Positions 17,870-26,517 of a stretch of DNA of 64,000 bases are shown piece by piece. Position 1 is the stretch's first letter. Every line of letters begins with the position of its first letter. A program made the position numbers and the translations under genes. Source of the stretch: an uncultured candidatus Porisulfidus sp. (GTDB lineage: Bacteria > Pseudomonadota > Gammaproteobacteria > Poriferisulfidales > Oxydemutatoraceae); assembly GCA_965200865.1 (NCBI GenBank), contig CBDAVG010000002.1:2130712-2194711 (forward strand), read 5' to 3'. The notes below the pieces were generated by a model, which made no database searches, was not told the origin of the DNA, and saw only the letters and a list, made by a program, of their open reading frames with translations.

Positions 17870-19630
17870 ATGCGAAATATAACGATACAAGAGGCAATAA
17901 AAAATATCAGTGCGAGGGAGTATCTTCTTCCTGCCATTCAAAGAGAGTTTGTTTGGAACACATATCAAATTGAGCGTTTGTTTGACTCCCTTATGCGAGA
18001 TTATCCAATTGGTACATTTCTGTTTTGGCGCGTAGAAGGTGAAGAAATCGGCGAATTTCAGTTCTATGAATTCTTCCGTTATTATCATCAAAAAGATAAG
18101 AGACATAATGAGAAAGCCGATGTTAAAGGTAAACCTAGTGTTACCGCTATCCTTGACGGTCAACAACGCCTTACTGCACTTTATTTAGGTTTGCACGGGT
18201 GGCATGCTACCAAGTTAAAACATAAACGATGGGATGACCATAATGCTTATCCTCCGAAAAAACTTTATTTAAATTTACTTGCTCCTCCCTCACCAGACAG
18301 TGAATGTGAATATGACTTTAAATTTTTAACAGACAAAGAATCGGAAGAAAGAAACGACAAAGTCTTTTGGTTTCCCGTTGGGAAAGTGTTGGACTTTCAT
18401 AAATCTAACGATTCTTATAAATACCTGCAAGAGAATCAACTAACTGAAATCTCAACAGAGCAGGCAGACTTTGCGAGCGAGACTCTCACTAAACTTAGAG
18501 AAGTTATTCATAAGGACACATTGATAAACTACTTTCTTGAAGAGAATGAACTCCTAGACAAAGTTTTGGATATCTTCATCCGTATAAACAGCGGTGGAAC
18601 GAAATTAAGTTATTCTGATTTGTTGCTTTCTATTGCAACGGCACAGTGGGAAGAAAAGGATGCACGGGAAGTTATTACAAAATTTGTTGATGATCTAAAC
18701 AATATAGGTAACGGTTTTTCTTTTAATAAGGATTTTGTATTGAAGGCTTGCCTTGTCCTGAGCGACTTTCCCAGTATTAAGTTTAAGGTACACAATTTCA
18801 ATAAGAAAAACATGCGCCAAATTGAATCTGACTGGGATAGCATATCAAAGGCTATTGAAGAAGCCGTGGGTCTTGTGTCTAACTTCGGGTTCAATAGAGA
18901 TACTTTGCCTTCTATGAACGCTGTTATTCCCATTGCGTATTATCTGCTGAAGGCACACCCTAATAGTTTTTGTGAATCGTTAAGCCATAAGGAGGAACGA
19001 AACAAGATTTTTAATTGGTTGATTAGAGTTTTGTTGAAGCAAACCTTTGGCGGACAGTCTGACAGCATTCTAAGCAGAATACAGTCAATCATAGGAGACA
19101 ACTATAAAACAGGCTTCCCGCTACATCAGATTGCACGCTCCCTAAGAGTAGAGCCAACAAAGTCCATTATATTTGCACCAAATGAAATAGAAGATCTTCC
19201 CAATCGGCCTAATAATAGATATGCATTCCCTTCATTGGCTGTTGTTTATCCAACACTAGACTTCAGAAATAAGTTTCACAAAGACCATATTTTCCCAAGA
19301 AAATTATTTAGCCGAGAAAAACTGCTTGCGCAGGGCGTATCAGAAGACAAGGTTCAATTTTGTCTAGAAAATTACAATACCTTAGCCAATCTCCAACTTC
19401 TTCCTGGAACAGAGAATCAAGAAAAATCTGCGAAACTTCCTAAAGTATGGATGGACGCTACTATGAATGAACAGGAACAAGAGTCTTACAGGAAGATGCA
19501 CTTCATACCGAGAGATATCCTCTTATCGTTAGATAACTTTAAGGAGTTTATTGAAAAAAGAAGAGAATTGTTGGTTGAGGAGTTCTCAAAATATCTTAAA
19601 ATGTCGGATGACGGTGTTGCTTATAAATAG
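17870..19630 (+). CDS. GmrSD-family type IV restriction endonuclease (DUF262 ParB-like NTPase + DUF1524 His-Me finger nuclease)
   Basis: 586 aa; 'LLPAIQREFVWNTYQIERLFDSL' and 'ILDGQQRLTALYLG' (DUF262 DGQQR); C-terminal 'FHKDHIFPRKLF' (DUF1524); markedly AT-rich relative to neighbours. Confidence 0.8.
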   Translation: MRNITIQEAIKNISAREYLLPAIQREFVWNTYQIERLFDSLMRDYPIGTFLFWRVEGEEIGEFQFYEFFRYYHQKDKRHNEKADVKGKPSVTAILDGQQRLTALYLGLHGWHATKLKHKRWDDHNAYPPKKLYLNLLAPPSPDSECEYDFKFLTDKESEERNDKVFWFPVGKVLDFHKSNDSYKYLQENQLTEISTEQADFASETLTKLREVIHKDTLINYFLEENELLDKVLDIFIRINSGGTKLSYSDLLLSIATAQWEEKDAREVITKFVDDLNNIGNGFSFNKDFVLKACLVLSDFPSIKFKVHNFNKKNMRQIESDWDSISKAIEEAVGLVSNFGFNRDTLPSMNAVIPIAYYLLKAHPNSFCESLSHKEERNKIFNWLIRVLLKQTFGGQSDSILSRIQSIIGDNYKTGFPLHQIARSLRVEPTKSIIFAPNEIEDLPNRPNNRYAFPSLAVVYPTLDFRNKFHKDHIFPRKLFSREKLLAQGVSEDKVQFCLENYNTLANLQLLPGTENQEKSAKLPKVWMDATMNEQEQESYRKMHFIPRDILLSLDNFKEFIEKRRELLVEEFSKYLKMSDDGVAYK

Positions 19631-19682
19631 TAGCTATGTTCCTTTCCCCTAGTTTGTAATATGTTATAGCATCATACATAGA

Positions 19683-19710
19683 TTGACAGAGTGATTGCAA
19701 TTTCTATAAT
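19683..19710 (+). promoter_or_regulatory. consensus sigma70 promoter (TTGACA-16bp-TATAAT), copy 2, upstream of dnaQ-like gene
   Basis: 'ttgacagagtgattgcaatttctataat'. Confidence 0.6.
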
Positions 19711-19755
19711 GAGCGTCCATGAGGGCATACTGAGAATAATGAATAGGAGTTGACA

Positions 19756-20274
19756 ATGAGACAGATTGCATTAGACACCGAAACTACCGGATTTGGACCA
19801 AGCAAGCATCGGATTGTAGAAATTGGTTGTGTTGAAATCGTAGACCGCACTATCACCGGACGTAATTTTCATTCCAAGATAAATCCTCAATGCGAAGTGC
19901 ACGAAGGTGCCACGGCAACCCATGGTTATACATGGGAGATGCTTAAAGATAGTCCGTTGTTCGCTGATATTTGCGATGAATTTATATCCTTTGTACAAGG
20001 TGCACAAATTTTGATACAAAATGTGCCGTTTGATTTGCCATTTTTAGACAGCGAACTGCAACGTTTGGGATGCGGAAATTTTACTGCAGAAGCCCAATGT
20101 ACTGTTGTTGATACGTTGAGAATGGCTGAAAAACGTCACCCTAGAGGTGAAAACTCACTAAATGCATTGTGCAACCATTATGGAATTGATAACAGCCACC
20201 GCAAGTTCCACGGTGCGTTGAAAGATGCGAAGTTATTAGCGCAGGTTTATTTGGCAATGACGAGCGACCAGTAA
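19756..20274 (+). CDS. stand-alone DnaQ/epsilon-like DEDDh 3'-5' exonuclease
   Basis: Exo I 'ALDTETTGF', Exo II 'NVPFDLPFL', Exo III 'HGALKDAKLLAQVY'; ~173 aa. Confidence 0.8.
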   Translation: MRQIALDTETTGFGPSKHRIVEIGCVEIVDRTITGRNFHSKINPQCEVHEGATATHGYTWEMLKDSPLFADICDEFISFVQGAQILIQNVPFDLPFLDSELQRLGCGNFTAEAQCTVVDTLRMAEKRHPRGENSLNALCNHYGIDNSHRKFHGALKDAKLLAQVYLAMTSDQ

Positions 20275-20313
20275 TACTACCACCCAATGTGACTAATACA
20301 ATGGGGTGACATG

Positions 20314-20461
20314 GGACTGTTGAAAAAGTGTCTGCATTAGTACATTCCCCTCCTTTGGAGGGGTGGCAGGCGAAGCCTGACGGGGTGGTTGTTAAGGTTC
20401 TGAACAATGTTACGCCGATTGACCTACTGGCTCAATCGGCGGTTCTATTTTTCAACAGCCC
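20314..20461. mobile_element. MITE (~148 bp) with IS-type TIRs, flanked by ACAT(G) direct repeats
   Basis: 'gggactgttgaaaaagtg' ... 'tctatttttcaacagcccc'; internal hairpin E and hairpin A; 'acatg' at 20309-13 and 20462-66. Confidence 0.7.
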
Positions 20462-20647
20462 CACATGTTCTCCCGTAACGCGTTGCGCCTGCAAAAACAA
20501 TCCATTCATGCGTTTCGTTTATGGAAACCATACAGATGGCGCAGGTGGTTGGAATCGTACAGATACGACACGCTCGGATGGTTTGCATGATTATGTGGCG
20601 CATAGCGGTTAAGATGGTACAGGTACAATACTTTAGGGAGGGCATGT

Positions 20648-22297
20648 GGGACTGTTGAAAAAGTATTTGATATAAGCGAAAATAGACAACTGATTCAACC
20701 GGAGATTTTTATGCAAGGCAATCATAACTTTCAGCCTGAACTATTTGTCCAAATAGACTATCAGGCACTCATTCCTACCAATCATTTATTAAGGCGTATC
20801 AATAAAGTTTTAGACTTGCGCTTTGTTAAACAATTAACCAAAAGTTTTTATAGTGATACGCAAGGTAGACCGTCAATAGACCCGGAAGTGTTTTTCCGTA
20901 TTTGTATATTAGGACACATTTATGGGATTAAATCAGATCGTCAATTGTGTGACGAGGTAGCAATGAACCTCGCCTATCGTTGGTTCGTCGGATTAACGAT
21001 GAGTGATGAGGTGCCGGATCATTCGTCATTAACTCGTGTTCGAGATAGATTGGGAGTTGGATGTTTTGCGTCGGTATTTGAGCAAATAGTAGAACAATGC
21101 CGTGATGCCGGCTTAGTGCCTGGCAAGCGTATCATAACGGATGCGAGTTTAGTAGAGGCGAATGCGTCGGCGAGGAAACTAGAGAGACGAGAGCAGCCGG
21201 CACAGGCAATAGAAGTCAAGGATGAGAGTCAACAAAGCAAGGAAGTAGTGTCACAAACTGCGGTAGTAAAAAGAGAAAAAGTCAGCACCCGTACCCATGC
21301 CGGTAAAGTAGATGGTGATGCGAGTTTAGTTGAGGCGAATGCATCGGCACAGAAATTAGAGAAGCGAGAGGAGCCAATACCAGCAGTAGAAGTTAAGAAT
21401 GAGAAGCAGCAAAGCAAAGCAGCGGTCTCGCAAACTGCGGTAATAAAAAGAGAAAAAGTCAGCAATCGCACGCATGTGAGTAAAGTAGACAGCGATGCGA
21501 CTTTAGTCAATCGTCAGGGGTATCCAAGAAAGTTATATCATAAGGTGCATTATTGTGCCGATGCAGCTAGCCGGGTGATAACCGATTGCCATGTGACCAC
21601 GGGTGCCTATCATGAGACTAATGTGATAACACAGAGGATTCAATATCAACAAGAACGTTTTGGATTGCCGGTTGAAGAGGTGATAGCAGATGTCGGCTAC
21701 AGCAGTGGCAAGAATTATAAGTTCTTTGAAGAACACCAGATACGCAGCTATATCCCGACTGCCAAGTTTCGTCTGACGCCTGGTAAGCAAGTAGCCCATG
21801 AAGGCAATTTCCAGTATGACCCCAATAAAGACATCTATACCTGTCAAGCGGGTCATGCGTTACATCCCAAACCTGCAGTCGGCGCAACGAAGTATTACCA
21901 TATCAAGAAAGCACATTGTAATAGTTGTCAATGGCAGAATAGTTGCTACTTGGGCAGGCGTCATACGGGTCTATACCGAAATGAGCATAATGCGGCGATA
22001 GAACGAGTAAGACAACGACAAAGCGGTCCAGTCTTTAAGCAAAAAATGATAGAAAGAAGCTGGAAGATAGAGGGCTTATTTGCTGAGGCAAAGGAGCGGC
22101 ATGGGTTGAGGCGGGCAAAATATAGAGGTTTGGAGAAAACGCAGATCCAAGCCTACCTAACTGGGACCGCTCAGAACCTAAAGAGGCTAGCGGTTTCTTT
22201 AGATTTTTATTTTCATTGGATCAGATTTCAGTTTATACAAAGATTTTTATTATTGCGGTATAGTTTCCAAGGATAAAGCTACTTTTTCAACAGCCCG
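20648..22297 (+). mobile_element. IS1182-family insertion sequence, copy 2 (165 bp shorter than copy 1), TSD ATGT
   Basis: TIRs 20648-20665 / 22280-22297; ATGT at 20644-47 and 22298-301; again inserted in GGGAGGGCATGT|TAGCCCTCCC. Confidence 0.8.
20711..22276 (+). CDS. IS1182-family DDE transposase, two 57-aa linker repeats
   Basis: 521 aa, ~90% identical to 1073..2803 outside the repeat region. Confidence 0.8.
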   Translation: MQGNHNFQPELFVQIDYQALIPTNHLLRRINKVLDLRFVKQLTKSFYSDTQGRPSIDPEVFFRICILGHIYGIKSDRQLCDEVAMNLAYRWFVGLTMSDEVPDHSSLTRVRDRLGVGCFASVFEQIVEQCRDAGLVPGKRIITDASLVEANASARKLERREQPAQAIEVKDESQQSKEVVSQTAVVKREKVSTRTHAGKVDGDASLVEANASAQKLEKREEPIPAVEVKNEKQQSKAAVSQTAVIKREKVSNRTHVSKVDSDATLVNRQGYPRKLYHKVHYCADAASRVITDCHVTTGAYHETNVITQRIQYQQERFGLPVEEVIADVGYSSGKNYKFFEEHQIRSYIPTAKFRLTPGKQVAHEGNFQYDPNKDIYTCQAGHALHPKPAVGATKYYHIKKAHCNSCQWQNSCYLGRRHTGLYRNEHNAAIERVRQRQSGPVFKQKMIERSWKIEGLFAEAKERHGLRRAKYRGLEKTQIQAYLTGTAQNLKRLAVSLDFYFHWIRFQFIQRFLLLRYSFQG

Positions 22298-22390
22298 ATG
22301 TTAGCCCTCCCCTACCGTTTTCTTAAATTTAATGGCGCGAAGCGGTTGAGTTTTTACAATGGCAGTACTTTTTCAACAGCCCCACATTTC
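22298..22390. repeat. palindrome half + MITE right-end remnant
   Basis: 'atgttagccctcccctacc...ggcgcgaagcggttgag...gtactttttcaacagcccc'. Confidence 0.5.
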
Positions 22391-22631
22391 AACTTTGGGT
22401 TGACAGATTATGTACGATGTCTGTAAGCACAAAGTTCAAATGTCACTCCTCCAGAGGAGAGGAATGGTCTGCCCCACCATTCTTTTGTGCAATTTGATAC
22501 CGTTTGTCTAATATCTGCTACTGTTCGTCGGTTTGCCGAATCTTGGTAACACACTCTGTGCTATTGGTATACGTAGCGAAACCTTGCTTTAGCAAGGTGT
22601 TTATTTATAATCTAACAATAGGAGAAAAGAG

Positions 22632-22841
22632 ATGAAAATAACCAACGAAAAACTATACGAAATGATAGTTGATATGCGTACGGAGTTTAAGTCTGAGATA
22701 GCGGAAATAAAAGCAGCTCAATCGGAACTCAGAGCAGACATCACAAAATGGGGTGTTGCATTATTCATTGGGAGCATAGTCGCAATGACCTCAATCATCG
22801 GCGTATTCTTGGCAAGCGTTGTGTTGACGGTGGCATCATAA
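22632..22841 (+). CDS. XhlA-like small tail-anchored membrane protein (N-terminal coiled coil + C-terminal TM helix)
   Basis: 69 aa 'MKITNEKLYEMIVDMRTEFKSEIAEIKAAQSELRADITKWGVALFIGSIVAMTSIIGVFLASVVLTVAS'; architecture like haemolysin XhlA; its last 20 codons are duplicated at 24798-24857. Confidence 0.5.
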   Translation: MKITNEKLYEMIVDMRTEFKSEIAEIKAAQSELRADITKWGVALFIGSIVAMTSIIGVFLASVVLTVAS

Positions 22842-22984
22842 ATGTTTGTAAGCAATCCCAGATGCGAGCGTTGGTACGGTTTATATTTGCTACTTGACTA
22901 GTTTAGGAACTAAGATTCGGTACAATAACTAGTAATGACAACGAAAAACAGACATTTTAGAAGGACACATATTTCAAACAGGAA

Positions 22985-23604
22985 AATCAGGGTTGTGTGA
23001 GATACTTTGTCCTTGATCTGAGTGCGACTTAAATCGCCCAAGCAGCTGAGGTGAATAGGAATACAGTGAACAGATATGTAAATATAATCCGAAAAAAATT
23101 GCACAGCACTGCGAGTAGACGAGTATATTCTTTGGCGAGGTAGAGTTGAATGAGTCCTACTTCGGTGGTAGTAAAAAAGGAGATAAAAGGGGTAGAGGCG
23201 TACAGAACAAAGTGCTGGTATTTGGCATATTGAAAAGAGATGGGAAGGTCTATACACAGGTGATACGGAACGCTTCCAAGAGTGAAATACGTGCTCTTAT
23301 CAAACGTTTAGTAGGACATGAGAGTACCATCTACACTGATAAATGGAGAGCTTATGACGGGTTAGTATTGAACGAATACAAACACTATCAAATCAATCAT
23401 TCAAAGACAATGGGCAGTGGTACTAGACATATCAATGGCATTGGAAATTTCTGGGTTGGGCAAAAAGGAGATTAACAAAGTTCTGTGGAGTATCTAGAAA
23501 ACATTTTCATTTTCACCTAAAAGAATGTGAATGGCGGTTCAATAATAGACACCTTTCAGTTTCCCAAAAGTATGATATGCTAATGAAGATGGTACGGGAT
23601 ATTT
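22985..23604 (+). pseudogene. IS1595-family transposase, frameshifted/truncated remnant
   Basis: HTH-like 'DLSATKIAQAAEVNRNTVNRYVNIIRKKL' (frame a), catalytic 'GDKRGRG...VFGILKRDGKVYTQVI...IYTDKWRAYDGL...INHSK...INGIGNFW' (ORF 23146..23475), then frameshift to 'KRRLTKFCGVSRKHFHFHLKECEWRFNNRH' C-terminal signature. Confidence 0.65.
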
Positions 23605-24029
23605 GAGTGAGATTTTGTCCCTAAACTAGTCAAGTACCATACATAATCTGCAAACCGAATATTTAACTCTTTCTTTGCCGGCTTCTTATTCCAACCACGT
23701 CACTACTTTATGCTCTGTTGAAAATATCTTTAGCAGTTTAACTATGCTAATTGTTTTAGCCACTTTATTCATTGTTTAGTCTCTTTAATTGGAATAGCCT
23801 TCAAGACCTGAAAGTGTTATATAATCAGTCTTTTAACTGAACCTTGTAGATTTATGTATATAATTCCCTAAATTTTGGGTTGACAGCTTTTAAAAGTCCA
23901 ATATGTATCTGGCATTATTCAGTGAAAAATCAAAAATAATTATTTTTCACCCATTGGGTGAATTGGTAATTTATATAAGAGTATTGCAATATAAGAGGTT
24001 ATAGCCTTTTATAGTTCTCTATTGAAGAA

Positions 24030-24686
24030 TTATTGGGTGATAACGCCATACAGAGCAAGAGTAATAGCTAATATGCCGCCTATAACTGCTGGTAATTTCC
24101 AGTTCACAGTCTCTTTTAGATTGTCTACTGTTATCACTAAGGTTTGCAGAATCCTCATCATCTCAGTTTGTGACATATATTCACGCTCCAATGCAGTTTT
24201 GATATCTTCAGGCATCAGACTATCTCGTCCTTGGTACGGACCTTCATAGGGTGTGGATGACGGCTGATCAAGGCGATGAAACTCAATTGTCAAAAATCTA
24301 TCCTTATACGGCAAGACGATTGGTTTGCTTGATAAGTTAGTCAATCCGATAATTAACCGCCCTTCAAAACCAGGGTCAACTTGAGGTCCGACCGTAGCGA
24401 GCAAACCTTTGCGTGCGTAAGAACTAGTCAATCCAAAACGGGCTGTATGTTGTAAGTCTAGTGCTAATTTTTCGTGTGTCAGCATAATAACAAAATCCCC
24501 TGGCATGATTTCTATAAAGGCCGTTTTGGTTAAATCTAATACTTCTTTTTTAGCTGAACTGGCTGCTTGATCACCGACTCGTAAATCATAAGATGCCGGC
24601 TGTAATAGCTCTTCAAAAAAAGGCTCTATCACTATGGACGAACCGTTTTTACATGTATTAAGTATGTCTTTGTTAGAGAGAATCAT
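24030..24686 (-). CDS. dCTP deaminase/dUTPase-fold protein with catalytic Glu replaced by Gly and a C-terminal XhlA-like coiled-coil + TM anchor
   Basis: 'MILSNKDIL...ASYDLRVG...TSSYARKGLLATVGPQVDPGFEGRLIIGLTNLS' aligns to Dcd ('DPGWSGCIVLEFYN' in E. coli; E138 aligns to G); C-terminal 60 aa 'TEMMRILQTLVITVDNLKETVNWKLPAVIGGILAITLALYGVITQ'; AT-rich. Confidence 0.6.
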   Translation of the reverse strand: MILSNKDILNTCKNGSSIVIEPFFEELLQPASYDLRVGDQAASSAKKEVLDLTKTAFIEIMPGDFVIMLTHEKLALDLQHTARFGLTSSYARKGLLATVGPQVDPGFEGRLIIGLTNLSSKPIVLPYKDRFLTIEFHRLDQPSSTPYEGPYQGRDSLMPEDIKTALEREYMSQTEMMRILQTLVITVDNLKETVNWKLPAVIGGILAITLALYGVITQ

Positions 24687-24797
24687 GTAATACCATATAC
24701 CTATATTTAATTAATTTCAATAATTTTGTAGTATAACACATGCTGTCAACCCAAAGTTGAAATGTCGGGGTGTTGCATAATCCATCAGGAGTATCGT

Positions 24798-24857
24798 TGT
24801 GATGACCTCAATCATCGGCGTGTTTTTGGCAAGTGTCGTGTTGACGGTGGCATCATA
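24798..24857 (+). repeat. duplicated 3' fragment of the xhlA-like gene ('MTSIIGVFLASVVLTVAS*')
   Basis: ~90 bp at 24790-24880 matches 22775-22875 including stop and 3' flank. Confidence 0.7.
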
Positions 24858-24889
24858 AATATTTGTAGGCGACCCAGATACGGTGTGTT

Positions 24890-25370
24890 GATGTGGTTCA
24901 TATTTTTTATTTGTTGATAATGCACTAGTGCAGATACGATGCAACCACCCCGTCAGATAGAACCGCCGATTGAGCCAGTAGGTCAATCGGCGTAACATTG
25001 TGCACTCCAACATGATTGCTAAACGCATACATTACAAAATGCATAGGCCCGCCACCCCTCCAGAGAAGGGGAATTGTTTGTGCAGGCGCAACGCGTTAGA
25101 AGTAGTTATTGTAAATTTGGTGGCGCGGAGCGGTTGGGGTTGTGCAGGCGCAACGCGTTAGGGAGGGGAATTGCCTAGTGCAGATACGATGCAACCACCC
25201 CGTCGGGCTGCGCCCGCCACCCCTCCAAAGGAGGGGAATTGTTTGTGCAGATGCAACGCGTTAGAGTTGGTTATCGTAAATTGAGGGGCGCGGGGCGGTT
25301 GGGGTTGTGGTTCGCGTAATTATAGGGCGCGGAGCGGTTCGATTTGTGGTTTTTGTGAATTTGTGGGGTG
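24890..25370. repeat. dense repeat cluster (hairpin A, hairpin E x2, 'ggcgcggagcggttg' modules x4)
   Basis: 'tagtgcagatacgatgcaaccaccccgtc' occurs twice (24925, 25180); 'ggcgcggagcggttggggttgtg' repeated. Confidence 0.65.
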
Positions 25371-25371
25371 G

Positions 25372-26517
25372 CTATTGCATGATGTCAAGGTGACCGTCTT
25401 CGGGTCTCATTGACTCGGCGCGTAATCTGATGAATTCTTGGAAGTCTTGGGGTTTTGCGTAAGCCTGTGTTAGCACATATTCCATTGCCGATTGTACATG
25501 AAAGGTTTTCACATAGCCTTCAACGCGAAACACTTCGGCTAATGGTTGGCTTTCGGTTTGCCGTGCATAAAAGACCAAAGAAGGGGTGTATTCAATGTCT
25601 AGCTTACGCGCCCATTCTTTTTCGTTTATTTCGTCACCGCCATCCAGTGGCACAAGGGTCTCTTTGCCGTTGACGTTAATCATTACGGTGTCAAATTGTT
25701 GATATAGTTTATCGGTGGCTTCTCGTTTCAGAATATCAAGATGTAATTCGTCGCACGCCAAGCAGCGTGGTTGTTCAAACAGAACCAAAACAGGTTTTTC
25801 CGCTCCTAAAGTTTTTTCAGTCATATCAAGCGGCGGGCGCAGCACCTCTGGGGTATAGTGAATCTTATCGGCTGCCGGCGATACTTCTTTGGTTTGCAGG
25901 AAATCTATGAAGGTTATGTCTTTAAGGTAGTGTTTGTCGGTTATATATTCCAGCATTGTAAGGAACTTATGCGGTGGATAATAGCCGTTCATGCGAAAGA
26001 CTTCTCCCAGTGGAGAGAAGAAAATCATCGTCGGTGTGAATTGAATTTTTCGGTGTTCGGAAAAAGCACTTTCCGGTCTCGGAATACCGTCTAGGTCGGT
26101 TACTTCGACAGCACCGAAGATGTTAATTGGTGCGATGTTAAAGTTTGCTTTGGCATATTCGTTAATGCGGTATTGTCCGAAGTTATCGTCGATTAACTTT
26201 TCACAATAAGGACAGCCGTCCTGATAAAAATAGAGTCCGTAGTGTTTGTTTTCGGCTGCCGATTCTTCTACATCCTCGGCAATATCCAAGAAAGACATGC
26301 CGAACCAGTCGGGTTTTTCTTGTTCAAAGACATTGCTCATAGAGCCGTCGTCGTCTGGCTGAATCGCCGGCGAACCAGCTTCGTCTTCGGCGACTGCCGC
26401 TGAACACACTGCGATGAGTGTCAGGCAAGCAAGCATCAATACATTTTTATTGAACCACAGTATTGCTTGCAACATGCAGTTGCGGCAGGGGATGTAATCA
26501 AACGCCATCTTATTCAC
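25372..26517 (-). CDS. periplasmic tandem thioredoxin-fold protein (two CxxC domains: CPYC and CLAC), SoxW/TlpA-like
   Basis: 381 aa with signal/TM; 'YQDGCPYCEKL' and 'EQPRCLACDEL'. Confidence 0.6.
   Translation of the reverse strand: MNKMAFDYIPCRNCMLQAILWFNKNVLMLACLTLIAVCSAAVAEDEAGSPAIQPDDDGSMSNVFEQEKPDWFGMSFLDIAEDVEESAAENKHYGLYFYQDGCPYCEKLIDDNFGQYRINEYAKANFNIAPINIFGAVEVTDLDGIPRPESAFSEHRKIQFTPTMIFFSPLGEVFRMNGYYPPHKFLTMLEYITDKHYLKDITFIDFLQTKEVSPAADKIHYTPEVLRPPLDMTEKTLGAEKPVLVLFEQPRCLACDELHLDILKREATDKLYQQFDTVMINVNGKETLVPLDGGDEINEKEWARKLDIEYTPSLVFYARQTESQPLAEVFRVEGYVKTFHVQSAMEYVLTQAYAKPQDFQEFIRLRAESMRPEDGHLDIMQ

Noticed and set aside
17756-19756. The exact 2000-bp spacing between the two ATG copies as a sign of assembly artefact
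   Set aside because: The copies are only ~90% identical and the upstream one is internally deleted, which is inconsistent with a collapsed/duplicated assembly error. The spacing is most likely coincidental.
2825-20647. Possible composite transposon formed by the two same-orientation IS1182-family copies
   Set aside because: Each copy has its own ATGT target duplication inside a separate palindrome. The intervening DNA carries housekeeping genes (gshB, ruvX, pyrR/F, yggS, pyrB/C') with normal GC content. The copies differ by ~10% and by repeat number. They could still mediate deletions, but nothing indicates the region moves as a unit.
22632-24880. Prophage remnant interpretation because of XhlA-like protein
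   Set aside because: No capsid, tail, terminase, integrase, holin or endolysin genes in the vicinity. The region is better explained as a small defence/IS cassette.
24717-25028. 103-aa minus-strand ORF between the dcd-like gene and the repeat cluster
   Set aside because: Spans promoter and repeat sequence, no RBS, low-complexity translation; likely spurious.
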